A stretch of DNA of 63,508 nucleotides from Thraustochytrium aureum (lineage: Eukaryota). Position 1 is the stretch's first letter. Every line of letters starts with the position of its first letter. Both the position numbers and the translations under genes were made by a program. The notes below the pieces were generated by a model. The model was not told where the DNA came from and did not search any database. It saw nothing but the letters and a program-made list of their open reading frames with translations. Positions 19,874 through 29,687 of this stretch are shown piece after piece. The stretch lies in contig BLSG01000125.1 of NCBI GenBank assembly GCA_012862495.1, positions 11,646 through 75,153 on the forward strand. The letters run 5' to 3'.

Positions 19874-22854
19874 CTACTCTACCACAAGTGGTGAGCAGGT
19901 CTTTCGAATGGCGCGCGCGGCAAGGCCACTGACGAAAGCCGCCCGCCCCGCGTTTCCCGCCAGGAGTGCCTTGCGAATCCCACCAAACCTGACGTTTCCG
20001 CACTCAGCGCCTTCCGTAGTCGTCTCGGCGTGAAGGTCTTCTGAAGGCCACTCGCCGTGCGCGGGGTCGAACTCGGGGTGCGCGCCGCATAGAACTGCTC
20101 GTCCACCGAGGGCCATGTCGCACTGCACAGCAGCCAAGGACTGGTCGTGCGCGTAACGAGCCAAAGCCGTCACGTTGTCGGGTAGGCCAGAGGGCTCCAA
20201 GAACCTGCACCCTCCATTGAAATACGCCGCAACCGTGGCCTCGCAGAGCGGAAACTCGCGGAGGAACTCAGGCTCGACGCGCAAGCGTACGGCCCACGCC
20301 CCCTCCGGCGAGGCGTATCGAAACCCAGGCAATGCTGGCCCCTGCGCAACGCCCGCGTAAAACTCCAGCCTGCGCGGCTCGCAGACTTGCAGCGGCCCAC
20401 CCTTGTCAAACTCAATCGAGCTGCATCCAAAGTAGCCCCCTGCGCAAAACCCGAGGTACCCGCCACCCCGGGGCCCGCAGACGAACTCGCGAATGCGCGC
20501 CTGGCCCAAGTCCCCAAGTGCCTTGCACATTGGAATGTCCGCGCCCCCGGGCATCACAAGCAGCTCGCACGTCTCTTCCCAGTTGATGGCCGGGTCGGCG
20601 AGGTGCTCTGGCCTCGCCGCTCTCACCAGGGCATGGCGGCAGGCCGGTGCAGTCGAAAGCGAATGCACAGCCATCTCGACACAGCGCGCGTCAGCACCAG
20701 GGCCGCAGTACACGAGCACTTGCGGCCCAGAGAGAAGCCGCAGGGAGCAGTCCGAGCTGCCAACCCGAACCGACGGCGCACTGTTCTGCAAAGCGAGCTC
20801 GCCGGCATGGCGGAACGCCTCTGGAAGGGCTGCCGGCAGCGGGCCGTCCACGACGAGCTCGCCTGTCGGCTCAACTGCTCGCGCGACGCCCACAAACGGT
20901 ACGGCAACGTCGACGGGTGCGCCGCTGGCATCGACGAGGCGAACGCTCGGTTGGCCGCGCTTGCTGTCGACCAGGACCGCCCGGCCCGCCAAAGCATCGA
21001 GAGGGGGCAGCAAGGCGCCGCAGATGTGCTCGGCGCTGAAACTGGCGAGGCGCTCGAGCCCTGCGCAGACGCGCGCGACAATCTCCTCCCGTATCGACAC
21101 CAGCGAGGCGCGCTTGCCAATAGCGGCGAGCTCGTGCGCCACGGAGGTCGCTTGCGCGTCATCAGCAAATTGTTCGTGGACGTTGATGCCGATCCCGACC
21201 ATGGCAAGCTTGGACCCGGCCGTCTGCTCGACAAGCATCCCGAAACCTTGCGACCAAGCTGCCCTGCTAGTACATCGTTTGGCCACTTGACTTTGGCAGA
21301 CGCGAGGCCGACGCCGCGGAGCGCTTCGCAGACGGCGACCGGGGCGGCCAACGCGAGGGAGGCGTTGGCTTGGACCAGAACGGTCATGTAGATGTTGCCC
21401 TTTGCGTCGCTCTTCCATTCCCGGCCGCCGCGCCCGCGCCCTTTGACCTGCGACTCTGCGAGGAAGAGTGCCCCGAGCGGGGCGCCTTGGTCGAGCTCCC
21501 GAGCTGCGTCGGTCATCGTCGACTCGGTCACTTGGCGGTACGTCAGAAAGCGGCCGAGACTCGCTGCCCCGTGAGCGTCAAGCTTGCGTTGAAACAAGGC
21601 GCCGTCAAACGACCTGAGCTGCTCGCCCAAAGGAGCGCTCAGACCCACCGGGGCAGGCTCTTTCGTGGGGAGGGCGCTTGGCCCCAGGCCATCCCCGTGA
21701 GGCTCGATGAGCACAGCACCGGTTGATTCGTCGATGGATGCAACTGTGCCGGCGGCCTCAGCGCGCACGACGAGACGCGTTTTGACCGTGTCCACATACG
21801 CTAGCACCTCGCCGCGGTCAACTTGGTTTCCCAGAGCTGTGCAGATGGACACGCCGTTCGACGTTGTGCGGGCTTGCACGCCGGCGGCAAGGTCGCTCGG
21901 CAGGCCGACCCGCTCTCGCTCAACGAGCTCGCCGAGTGGGGTGGTTGAGAACGAGACGAGCTCAAACATGTCGTCGCCTGCCGCGCCAACCGCAAGGGCG
22001 GTGCCAGCAGCTGCCGGTGCCCCGAGACGAGCGAGCTTGGCAGCTTCGTGGGCGCTCAGCACGCACGCCGTGAAAAGCTCTGGCGCCCGCGCTTTGCTGT
22101 ATCGCTCCAGTGCTCGCGCAACGATCCCGGGCTCTTCGCATGCAGCGAGGACCGGGGCGAGGTGGTCGGCGAGGACAACGGCGTCTTGCAGGGCCAAGTT
22201 GGCGCCCAGCCCTAAGAAGGGCAGCCTGGTTGACGCGGCGTCCCCAAGAAGGACGCAGTTGCCGCGCGCCAGCGACCGCGACGCTACAGTTCGCAGCGGC
22301 TCCGGGTCGCTAAAGAGACAGTCGTCGGCCTCCGGAATGTGCGCGCCCAGCCCGAGCCTGTCGTGCACCACTTGTCTGAGCGCTTGCGCGTCGCCCAAGG
22401 TCTGCGGCGGCGCGTATACGCTCAGGTCGAGCCCGCCTCCCTGCCTTGGGAGCCCGAGAGCGAACGCGGCTCCGCTCGCCCCGGAAGAGGGCGCCGCCCA
22501 AATCCTCAGTCGCGTTCCGGCTTCCGCGCTCGCACAGGCCGCGTGAACATACGACATGCCGAATCGCGCCGCCAGAACGGCAGGTCCCCCCTCCTGCAAG
22601 AGATCCCACTCTCGCGGTTCGCCAGCCAATTCGGATGGCCTGCCGAAAAGCTTTTCCCGCGCAGCCGAGTTGGTCCCGTCAGCGGCGACAACCACCGCGT
22701 ACTTTTGCGCGAGGACCTCGACGTCTGCGTCCAGGTGCCCGAAGCAGACCTCTACGCCAGCCCTTCGGCAGGCATCGAGCAGCGCTCGGATGAGCACAGC
22801 GCGCCTCACAGCGAGGAGCTTGCCGAGCGTGTACTCCTTGGCGACACCGCCGTC
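19874..22854 (-). CDS. Fusion protein: FAD-dependent monooxygenase + lipoyl/biotinyl-like domain + biotin-protein ligase catalytic domain + C-terminal BPL_N (GATase-like) domain; 5' end in gap
   Basis: FAD monooxygenase motifs VVAADGTNSAAR and LLGDAA..PFLGLGANLALQD. Lipoyl-like GNQVDRGEVLAYVDTVKTRLVVRAEAAGTV. BirA-type motifs TESTM..AESQVKGRGRGGREWKS..GNIYMT..KWPNDV..RKVSG(MLVE)..VGIGINV. BPL_N motifs VLVYCGPGA..LVMPGGADIP..GGYLGFCAGGYFG..AHPEF. One indel at the G-run near 21240. Confidence 0.85.
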
Positions 22855-23323
22855 NNNNNNNNNNNNNNNNNNNNNNNNNNNNNNNNNNNNNNNNNNNNNN
22901 NNNNNNNNNNNNNNNNNNNNNNNNNNNNNNNNNNNNNNNNNNNNNNNNNNNNNNNNNNNNNNNNNNNNNNNNNNNNNNNNNNNNNNNNNNNNNNNNNNNN
23001 NNNNNNNNNNNNNNNNNNNNNNNNNNNNNNNNNNNNNNNNNNNNNNNNNNNNNNNNNNNNNNNNNNNNNNNNNNNNNNNNNNNNNNNNNNNNNNNNNNNN
23101 NNNNNNNNNNNNNNNNNNNNNNNNNNNNNNNNNNNNNNNNNNNNNNNNNNNNNNNNNNNNNNNNNNNNNNNNNNNNNNNNNNNNNNNNNNNNNNNNNNNN
23201 NNNNNNNNNNNNNNNNNNNNNNNNNNNNNNNNNNNNNNNNNNNNNNNNNNNNNNNNNNNNNNNNNNNNNNNNNNNNNNNNNNNNNNNNNNNNNNNNNNNN
23301 NNNNNNNNNNNNNNNNNNNNNNN

Positions 23324-23526
23324 TCACCAACGTGGGCGCTATGCGACTGTATGAGAACCTTGGCTTTTACCGTGACAAGCGACTCAGCAAGTACTACTTG
23401 AACGGGGTCGACGCGTTTCGCCTCAAGCTGTGGCTGAAAGATGTGGACGCTGCGCCGGGCAGCCCCGCAGACGATGCGAGCGCCGCGGCTGGCTCGCAGG
23501 GCGACGCGGAAGGTCCGAGTTCATGA
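23324..23526 (+). CDS. NAA30: N-alpha-acetyltransferase 30 (NatC catalytic subunit, Mak3), C-terminal fragment
   Basis: [37 protein letters not shown] is the characteristic Naa30/Mak3 C-terminus; the rest lies in the gap. Confidence 0.88.
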
Positions 23527-23872
23527 ATGCGCGCTGCCGGGCTAGGGCGGCGCCGCGAGGCTGGGCTAAGTGGCGCCCCTTGCCTTTTTGACGGGAAGGG
23601 GAAGGGGCGGCGAAAGCAAGCGCGGGCGCATCGGATTATCTCCCACGCGCCCCGCTTGCGGCGCAGCTCGGCACGGCGAGCTCGTCCCCGGCGCACGGGT
23701 ACAGAGAGTTAAACGTGGGCAGGCGAAGGGTGCTGTGCAAGTGCGAGCTCCGGCGTCGGCTCGCAGGTTTACGCCCCCCGCCCCAAAAGACCCTGGCTTC
23801 TCCGCGCCGCAACACCACCACGTGGTCCCAGCCGCTACCGCGAGAGAAGAAACTATTTTTTGTGCGCAAAGT

Positions 23873-24775
23873 TCAGTTGGCCTCTTTGGCAGGTCTCTCC
23901 GGGTTGGACGGATCGGATTCGTCAGATCCTTCCCGCGCGGCGAGATCCCTCGCCCCCGACTCCAATTCCCAGTCCGCCTCAGGGTCGTCAGATTCGTTGC
24001 GGCGGTGCAACCGGGTGATTTTCTGACGTTTGGGCGCCTGCGAGATCTGCGGCAAAAGCAGCTCGCGCGCCACAGTGCGGTGGGAGACGACAACGTTGCG
24101 CAGACCCGGCTCGCAGCTGAGCACAGTGACCCAGAGCTGCTCCCCGATCACGTCCTTCACAATGCGGTCCCACTGCTTGGCCGTCGGGCCCTTGAGAAAG
24201 GGCGAGAGGTGGGAGTTGGGCAGGAAGCAGACGATGGCCCCGATGCCCACGGAGAAGCCGCCGTTAATCACGTTGAGCAGGCGGCCGCGCACAGGCTTGC
24301 GGCTGGTCATGGCAAAGTCGAGCATCTTCCACGACGTGGCGAGGGCGTCGTCGACGTTGCTGCCCTCGAGCGCGGGCGGGTTTTCAAAGTCCGGGAGAAG
24401 CTCGCCGGCGTACAGCGAGAGCTTTGACTCGTCGACGCGCAACGGGATCTCTGCGTTGACGGCCTCTTTTGGCTTGCCCATTTCGTCCTCACCCAGCAGC
24501 TTCCCGGCGGCGTACTCGATGTTCGCTGTGGAGGCTACTCCTTCGCCGTTGAGCCCGCGCCCCAAGTGCAGAGGCTTTGGAGTAGTCAGCGTGTGGTTCA
24601 GCCCGAGGTCGTAGATCGTCTCGCCGCCCTCGCGCCCAGCGATCCTGGCCACAAGGTTGAGCCCCTTGAGGTTGTACGACTGCAGGTCTTCCTGCCAAGC
24701 GTCGTTCACCCTTTTGTCGATCGCCTCCACGACCTGCCTGGACACGCCGTTCACCCTCTCGTACTCGGCCTCCTC
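23873..24775 (-). CDS. S1-domain protein, probably mitochondrial ribosomal protein S1-like; 5' part in or beyond the gap
   Basis: KPVRGRLLNVINGGFSVGIGAIVCFLPNSHL...VTVLS..RNVVVS resembles ribosomal S1 domain 2. Confidence 0.65.
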   Translation of the reverse strand, partial: EEAEYERVNGVSRQVVEAIDKRVNDAWQEDLQSYNLKGLNLVARIAGREGGETIYDLGLNHTLTTPKPLHLGRGLNGEGVASTANIEYAAGKLLGEDEMGKPKEAVNAEIPLRVDESKLSLYAGELLPDFENPPALEGSNVDDALATSWKMLDFAMTSRKPVRGRLLNVINGGFSVGIGAIVCFLPNSHLSPFLKGPTAKQWDRIVKDVIGEQLWVTVLSCEPGLRNVVVSHRTVARELLLPQISQAPKRQKITRLHRRNESDDPEADWELESGARDLAAREGSDESDPSNPERPAKEAN

Positions 24776-25328
24776 NNNNNNNNNNNNNNNNNNNNNNNNN
24801 NNNNNNNNNNNNNNNNNNNNNNNNNNNNNNNNNNNNNNNNNNNNNNNNNNNNNNNNNNNNNNNNNNNNNNNNNNNNNNNNNNNNNNNNNNNNNNNNNNNN
24901 NNNNNNNNNNNNNNNNNNNNNNNNNNNNNNNNNNNNNNNNNNNNNNNNNNNNNNNNNNNNNNNNNNNNNNNNNNNNNNNNNNNNNNNNNNNNNNNNNNNN
25001 NNNNNNNNNNNNNNNNNNNNNNNNNNNNNNNNNNNNNNNNNNNNNNNNNNNNNNNNNNNNNNNNNNNNNNNNNNNNNNNNNNNNNNNNNNNNNNNNNNNN
25101 NNNNNNNNNNNNNNNNNNNNNNNNNNNNNNNNNNNNNNNNNNNNNNNNNNNCCCTGCCGCGCCCGCTCGCCCCGCGCGCCCGATGCCGTCCTGCCGCTCG
25201 CTGGCTGGCCACGACTCGCGCGACCTCTGCTCCTTCCTCCTCGCCACACGAATCCGCGCAGGAGAACAACGAGCTAGCTCCTCACCCGCCCGCAAATGAA
25301 ACACCCCCATCGCCAACCCATCGCCACG

Positions 25329-25805
25329 ACAGATCAGATCAGAACAGACCAGGACCGGAGCAGACCGGATCGCGCAGGAGCCAAGACCAGATCGCGCAGG
25401 AGCTGACCAGACCAGACCAGCTCAGCTCAGCTCAGCTCGCGCAGGAGCTGGCCAGACCAGACCAGACCAGCTCAGCTCAGCTCGCGCAGGAGCTGACCAG
25501 ACCAGACCAAGACCAGAAGAGACCAGACCAGAGCAGAGTTGACCAAGACCAGAGCAGAGTAGATCGCGCAGGAGCAGACCAGACAAGACCAGACGAGATC
25601 AGACCTGACGAGATCAGACTAGACGAGATCAGAGCAGAGTACTTCGACCAAGACCAGACCAGAGCAGATCGCGCAGGAGCAGACCAGACAAGACCAGACG
25701 AGATCAGTCTCTAGCTAGCTAGACGAGATCAGACGTTCTACTCAAGCTAGAGAGAGACGAGATCAGACTCTAGAGCGAGACGAGACCAGACCAGACGAGC
25801 TCAGT
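25329..25805 (+). repeat. Degenerate pentamer-based satellite (ACCAG/AGATC/AGCTC units) with higher-order repeats
   Basis: agaccagacc, agctcagctc and agacgagatc blocks. The unit agatcgcgcaggagcagaccagacaagaccagacgagatcag occurs at about 25561 and 25666. Confidence 0.85.
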
Positions 25806-25832
25806 TCTGGCTGGTCGGTCTCGAGCTGAGCC

Positions 25833-26195
25833 ATGGGCGGCATTCTTTTGCGCGATACCGCGCTCGTCGTTGCTGGGGCCGTCGCTGGAGCCGCGGCCCT
25901 GGCGCTCGGGAGGCGGGTGCTCGGCAGGCTTCTCGCCGGTGGCGGGGTTGGCGAGGTCAAGGTCGACCGGACGAGGCCGCTCGCCAAGGCCCCACGACGC
26001 GTCGGCGGGGTGTGCAGGCTCAAGGAAGGCATGTTTGACCAGTACACGCAGCTGCATGATCACACGTAAGTCGTTTGCCGGCGCGACACAAGCGCCGCCG
26101 CGCAGGCCAGCGCCTCGCTAACCAGTGCCTCGTCGAGACGCCCGCAGCTGGGACGAGGTAATGGAGCGGATGTACAGACAAAACATGCGCAATTT
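25833..26195 (+). CDS. L-rhamnose mutarotase (RhaM/DUF718 family) with a hydrophobic N-terminal extension; spliced, 3' end in gap
   Basis: Splicing 26066-26147 gives CRLKEGMFDQYTQLHDHTWDEVMERMYRQNMRNF, matching the RhaM YxxxHxxxW.E......NY/F motif. Confidence 0.78.
26066..26147 (+). other. Spliceosomal intron (82 nt)
   Basis: GTAAGT donor, GCTAAC branch site near 26117, CAG acceptor; removal restores the RhaM motif. Confidence 0.85.
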
Positions 26196-26856
26196 NNNNN
26201 NNNNNNNNNNNNNNNNNNNNNNNNNNNNNNNNNNNNNNNNNNNNNNNNNNNNNNNNNNNNNNNNNNNNNNNNNNNNNNNNNNNNNNNNNNNNNNNNNNNN
26301 NNNNNNNNNNNNNNNNNNNNNNNNNNNNNNNNNNNNNNNNNNNNNNNNNNNNNNNNNNNNNNNNNNNNNNNNNNNNNNNNNNNNNNNNNNNNNNNNNNNN
26401 NNNNNNNNNNNNNNNNNNNNNNNNNNNNNNNNNNNNNNNNNNNNNNNNNNNNNNNNNNNNNNNNNNNNNNNNNNNNNNNNNNNNNNNNNNNNNNNNNNNN
26501 NNNNNNNNNNNNNNNNNNNNNNNNNNNNNNNNNNNNNNNNNNNNNNNNNNNNNNNNNNNNNNNNNNNNNNNNNNNNNNNNNNNNNNNNNNNNNNNNNNNN
26601 NNNNNNNNNNNNNNNNNNNNNNNNNNNNNNNNNNNNNNNNNNNNNNNNNNNNNNNNNNNNNNNNNNNNNNNNNNNNNNNNNNNNNNNNNNNNNNNNNNNN
26701 NNNNNNNNNNNNNNNNNNNNNNNNNNNNNNNNNNNNNNNNNNNNNNNNNNNNNNNNNNNNNNNNNNNNNNNNNNNNNNNNNNNNNNNNNNNNNNNNNNNN
26801 NNNNNNNNNNNNNNNNNNNNNNNNNNNNNNNNNNNNNNNNNNNNNNNNNNNNNNNN

Positions 26857-27775
26857 GCCCTTGAAGAAAGCGCCGGGCCGGTAGAGCGCTTTCTTGAGCG
26901 ACATGTACAGGTGGTAGTTGAGCTTTTTGTTCTGCGCGACGTCGTCGCGGACGGCGGGGAAGAGGACCAGGGCGTAGAACCGCTGCGCCATTTTCTGGTT
27001 GAGGTTGGAGGCGAAAAGCCGCGTCGCGGCCAACATGGCCTGCGGCGACCAGCGGTCCGGGTCGGTGTGATAGAGGACCTCCTCCCAGTTGCGGAGGGCA
27101 GGGATGATCTTGAAGGCCTTTGGCACTTTGCCGGAGCGGTACCGGCCCATCAGTTTGCCGATGCTGCGGTATACCTCGATAAGCTGCTGATTGAGCCCCG
27201 GCACCCGGCGCTCTTCGCTCCTGCCGGCCGAGTCGCCTCCCTGCTTGCCAGCAGCCGCGGCCTCCTTGGCCTTGATCTTTTCCATAATGATGTCAGCCAA
27301 CGTGCGGCGCTCGGGCTTGTTCTTGTTCATGAACGCCTCCAGCGCGCGCTCGTCCTCTTGCAGGACCTCGAGCTGCGCAAATTGGTCCTGGTTGAGGTAC
27401 TCGATCTCGAGCTCCTCCTCCTCCTCCGCTTCGTCGTCGTCGTCGATGCCGGACCCGTCGCCACCGTCGCTGAGCATGGCCTCTGAATTGCCGCCAGCCG
27501 CGTTGCGCTTGTTTCGCGTCAGCCTTTTCGCGCTCCTCGCGCTCCTCCTCGAGCTGCTCGCGCGCGAACGAGAGGATCTTGCGGCTCATGTCGCTGGGGA
27601 CCACGCCTTCGCGGTCGGCCTCTTCGGCGTCATTGCGCTCCTTGCGGAATGCTTTGGCTCGTTTCTTCGTGCGTTCCTGCGCGTGGAGTTTGTCGTCGTC
27701 TTTGCGCAGCTGCGTCTCGAGCGGGTCGAGCCGCTCCGCCTTGCCCACCCCGCGGGTGCTCTTCACTTTCGGCAT
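26857..27775 (-). CDS. BYSL: Bystin/Enp1 (40S biogenesis factor), 3' end in gap
   Basis: MSRKILSFAREQ..RRTLADIIMEKI..YRSGKVPKAFKIIP..WSPQAMLAATRLFASNL..AQRFY..KKLNYHLYMSLKKALYRPGAFFKG; indel near 27512. Confidence 0.93.
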
Positions 27776-27965
27776 CTCGTGTTTTCTAGCGCGCCCTCGG
27801 CCAATGCCCGGACGGGTCAAGAGGGCCAGAGGCACGCAACGCTATTCCCCGTGCCGCACTCTTGGCTGGCCTGCCTGAGTGGTCGGCGTAGCGGCTGCGC
27901 GAATCGCGCAGTCCGAGGCGGCAGAATCGCAACCCCTTCACCCGCCCCAAGCAGAGACTCACGGA

Positions 27966-28041
27966 GCCGCCGCCACTGCGCCACTGCCGCCGCTATTGCC
28001 GCCGCTATTGCTGCTGCTATTGCTGCTGCTGCTGCTGCTGC
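27966..28041 (+). repeat. (GCC/GCT)n trinucleotide repeat
   Basis: gccgccgctattgccgccgctattgctgctgctattgctgctgctgctgctgctg. Confidence 0.85.
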
Positions 28042-29687
28042 GGATGGCGTTGCAGGCTCTGGGGCTGGGCAGTCGCGTTCAGAGTCGCGAGAGGCACAGG
28101 AGTCACTTGCAAGAAACGCGAAAACGAGACCAGCGAAAAGCGTTCCGCCAGGGCCGTCGGACACACAGGAAACGAAAGAAATCAAGATTGATCTTCGGTT
28201 TGCCTCAACTGGCCCGCNNNNNNNNNNNNNNNNNNNNNNNNNNNNNNNNNNNNNNNNNNNNNNNNNNNNNNNNNNNNNNNNNNNNNNNNNNNNNNNNNNN
28301 NNNNNNNNNNNNNNNNNNNNNNNNNNNNNNNNNNNNNNNNNNNNNNNNNNNNNNNNNNNNNNNNNNNNNNNNNNNNNNNNNNNNNNNNNNNNNNNNNNNN
28401 NNNNNNNNNNNNNNNNNNNNNNNNNNNNNNNNNNNNNNNNNNNNNNNNNNNNNNNNNNNNNNNNNNNNNNNNNNNNNNNNNNNNNNNNNNNNNNNNNNNN
28501 NNNNNNNNNNNNNNNNNNNNNNNNNNNNNNNNNNNNNNNNNNNNNNNNNNNNNNNNNNNNNNNNNNNNNNNNNNNNNNNNNNNNNNNNNNNNNNNNNNNN
28601 NNNNNNNNNNNNNNNNNNNNNNNNNNNNNNNNNNNNNNNNNNNNNNNNNNNNNNNNNNNNNNNNNNNNNNNNNNNNNNNNNNNNNNNNNNNNNNNNNNNN
28701 NNNNNNNNNNNNNNNNNNNNNNNNNNNNNNNNNNNNNNNNNNNNNNNNNNNNNNNNNNNNNNNNNNNNNNNNNNNNNNNNNNNNNNNNNNNNNNNNNNNN
28801 NNNNNNNNNNNNNNNNNNNNNNNNNNNNNNNNNNNNNNNNNNNNNNNNNNNNNNNNNNNNNNNNNNNNNNNNNNNNNNNNNNNNNNNNNNNNNNNNNNNN
28901 NNNNNNNNNNNNNNNNNNNNNNNNNNNNNNNNNNNNNNNNNNNNNNNNNNNNNNNNNNNNNNNNNNNNNNNNNNNNNNNNNNNNNNNNNNNNNNNNNNNN
29001 NNNNNNNNNNNNNNNNNNNNNNNNNNNNNNNNNNNNNNNNNNNNNNNNNNNNNNNNNNNNNNNNNNNNNNNNNNNNNNNNNNNNNNNNNNNNNNNNNNNN
29101 NNNNNNNNNNNNNNNNNNNNNNNNNNNNNNNNNNNNNNNNNNNNNNNNNNNNNNNNNNNNNNNNNCCATGAAGAGGTTGGCAACTTGGCGCTCGACCTTT
29201 GCCCGCGTTGACTTGTGCCACCCGCCTGCCACGACGGCCACGACGGCCGCGTGGGAGTGTAGAGTCAAGGAGAATCCTCCTTCCAAGGAGCAAAGTAGCA
29301 GCACTCGCAGGCCGGAGCGCAGCCGTGTGCGAACTTCGATTGCGGGATCGGTCTGAAAGCGAGTACTTTCCGGACCCGTCGAGCCGTCGAGAGTGAGGTC
29401 AAGGCATGGCCAGGGCATGGCCGGGGCAGAAGCAGCGCGGCGGCTTTTGGAGGCATGCATGCCAACGGGCGCATCTCGTTGGATTGTTTGGCAAGGCATC
29501 GCGATCCTGCAACCGGAAGACCTTCGGCACTCTCCTACGCGGCGGGTGGATTGAGAATTCCATCGAGTTCCCAGTGCGCCATGCCGGTCAACGAAAGGCG
29601 AGACACAACACAAGGCGAGACATAGCAAGTAGACAAGACAGGCAGGCAGTCACCCAAGTGCAAGCAGCCGCAAGAGACCGGAAAACC

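Noticed and set aside
25329..25805. Possible CRISPR array or repeat protein (DQTRPDEIR...)
   Set aside because: No constant repeat with unique spacers and no cas genes; the 5-nt period is not codon-based and no supported start is visible
29166..29400. Possible coding fragment next to the large gap
   Set aside because: No recognisable motif, and strand and frame cannot be determined
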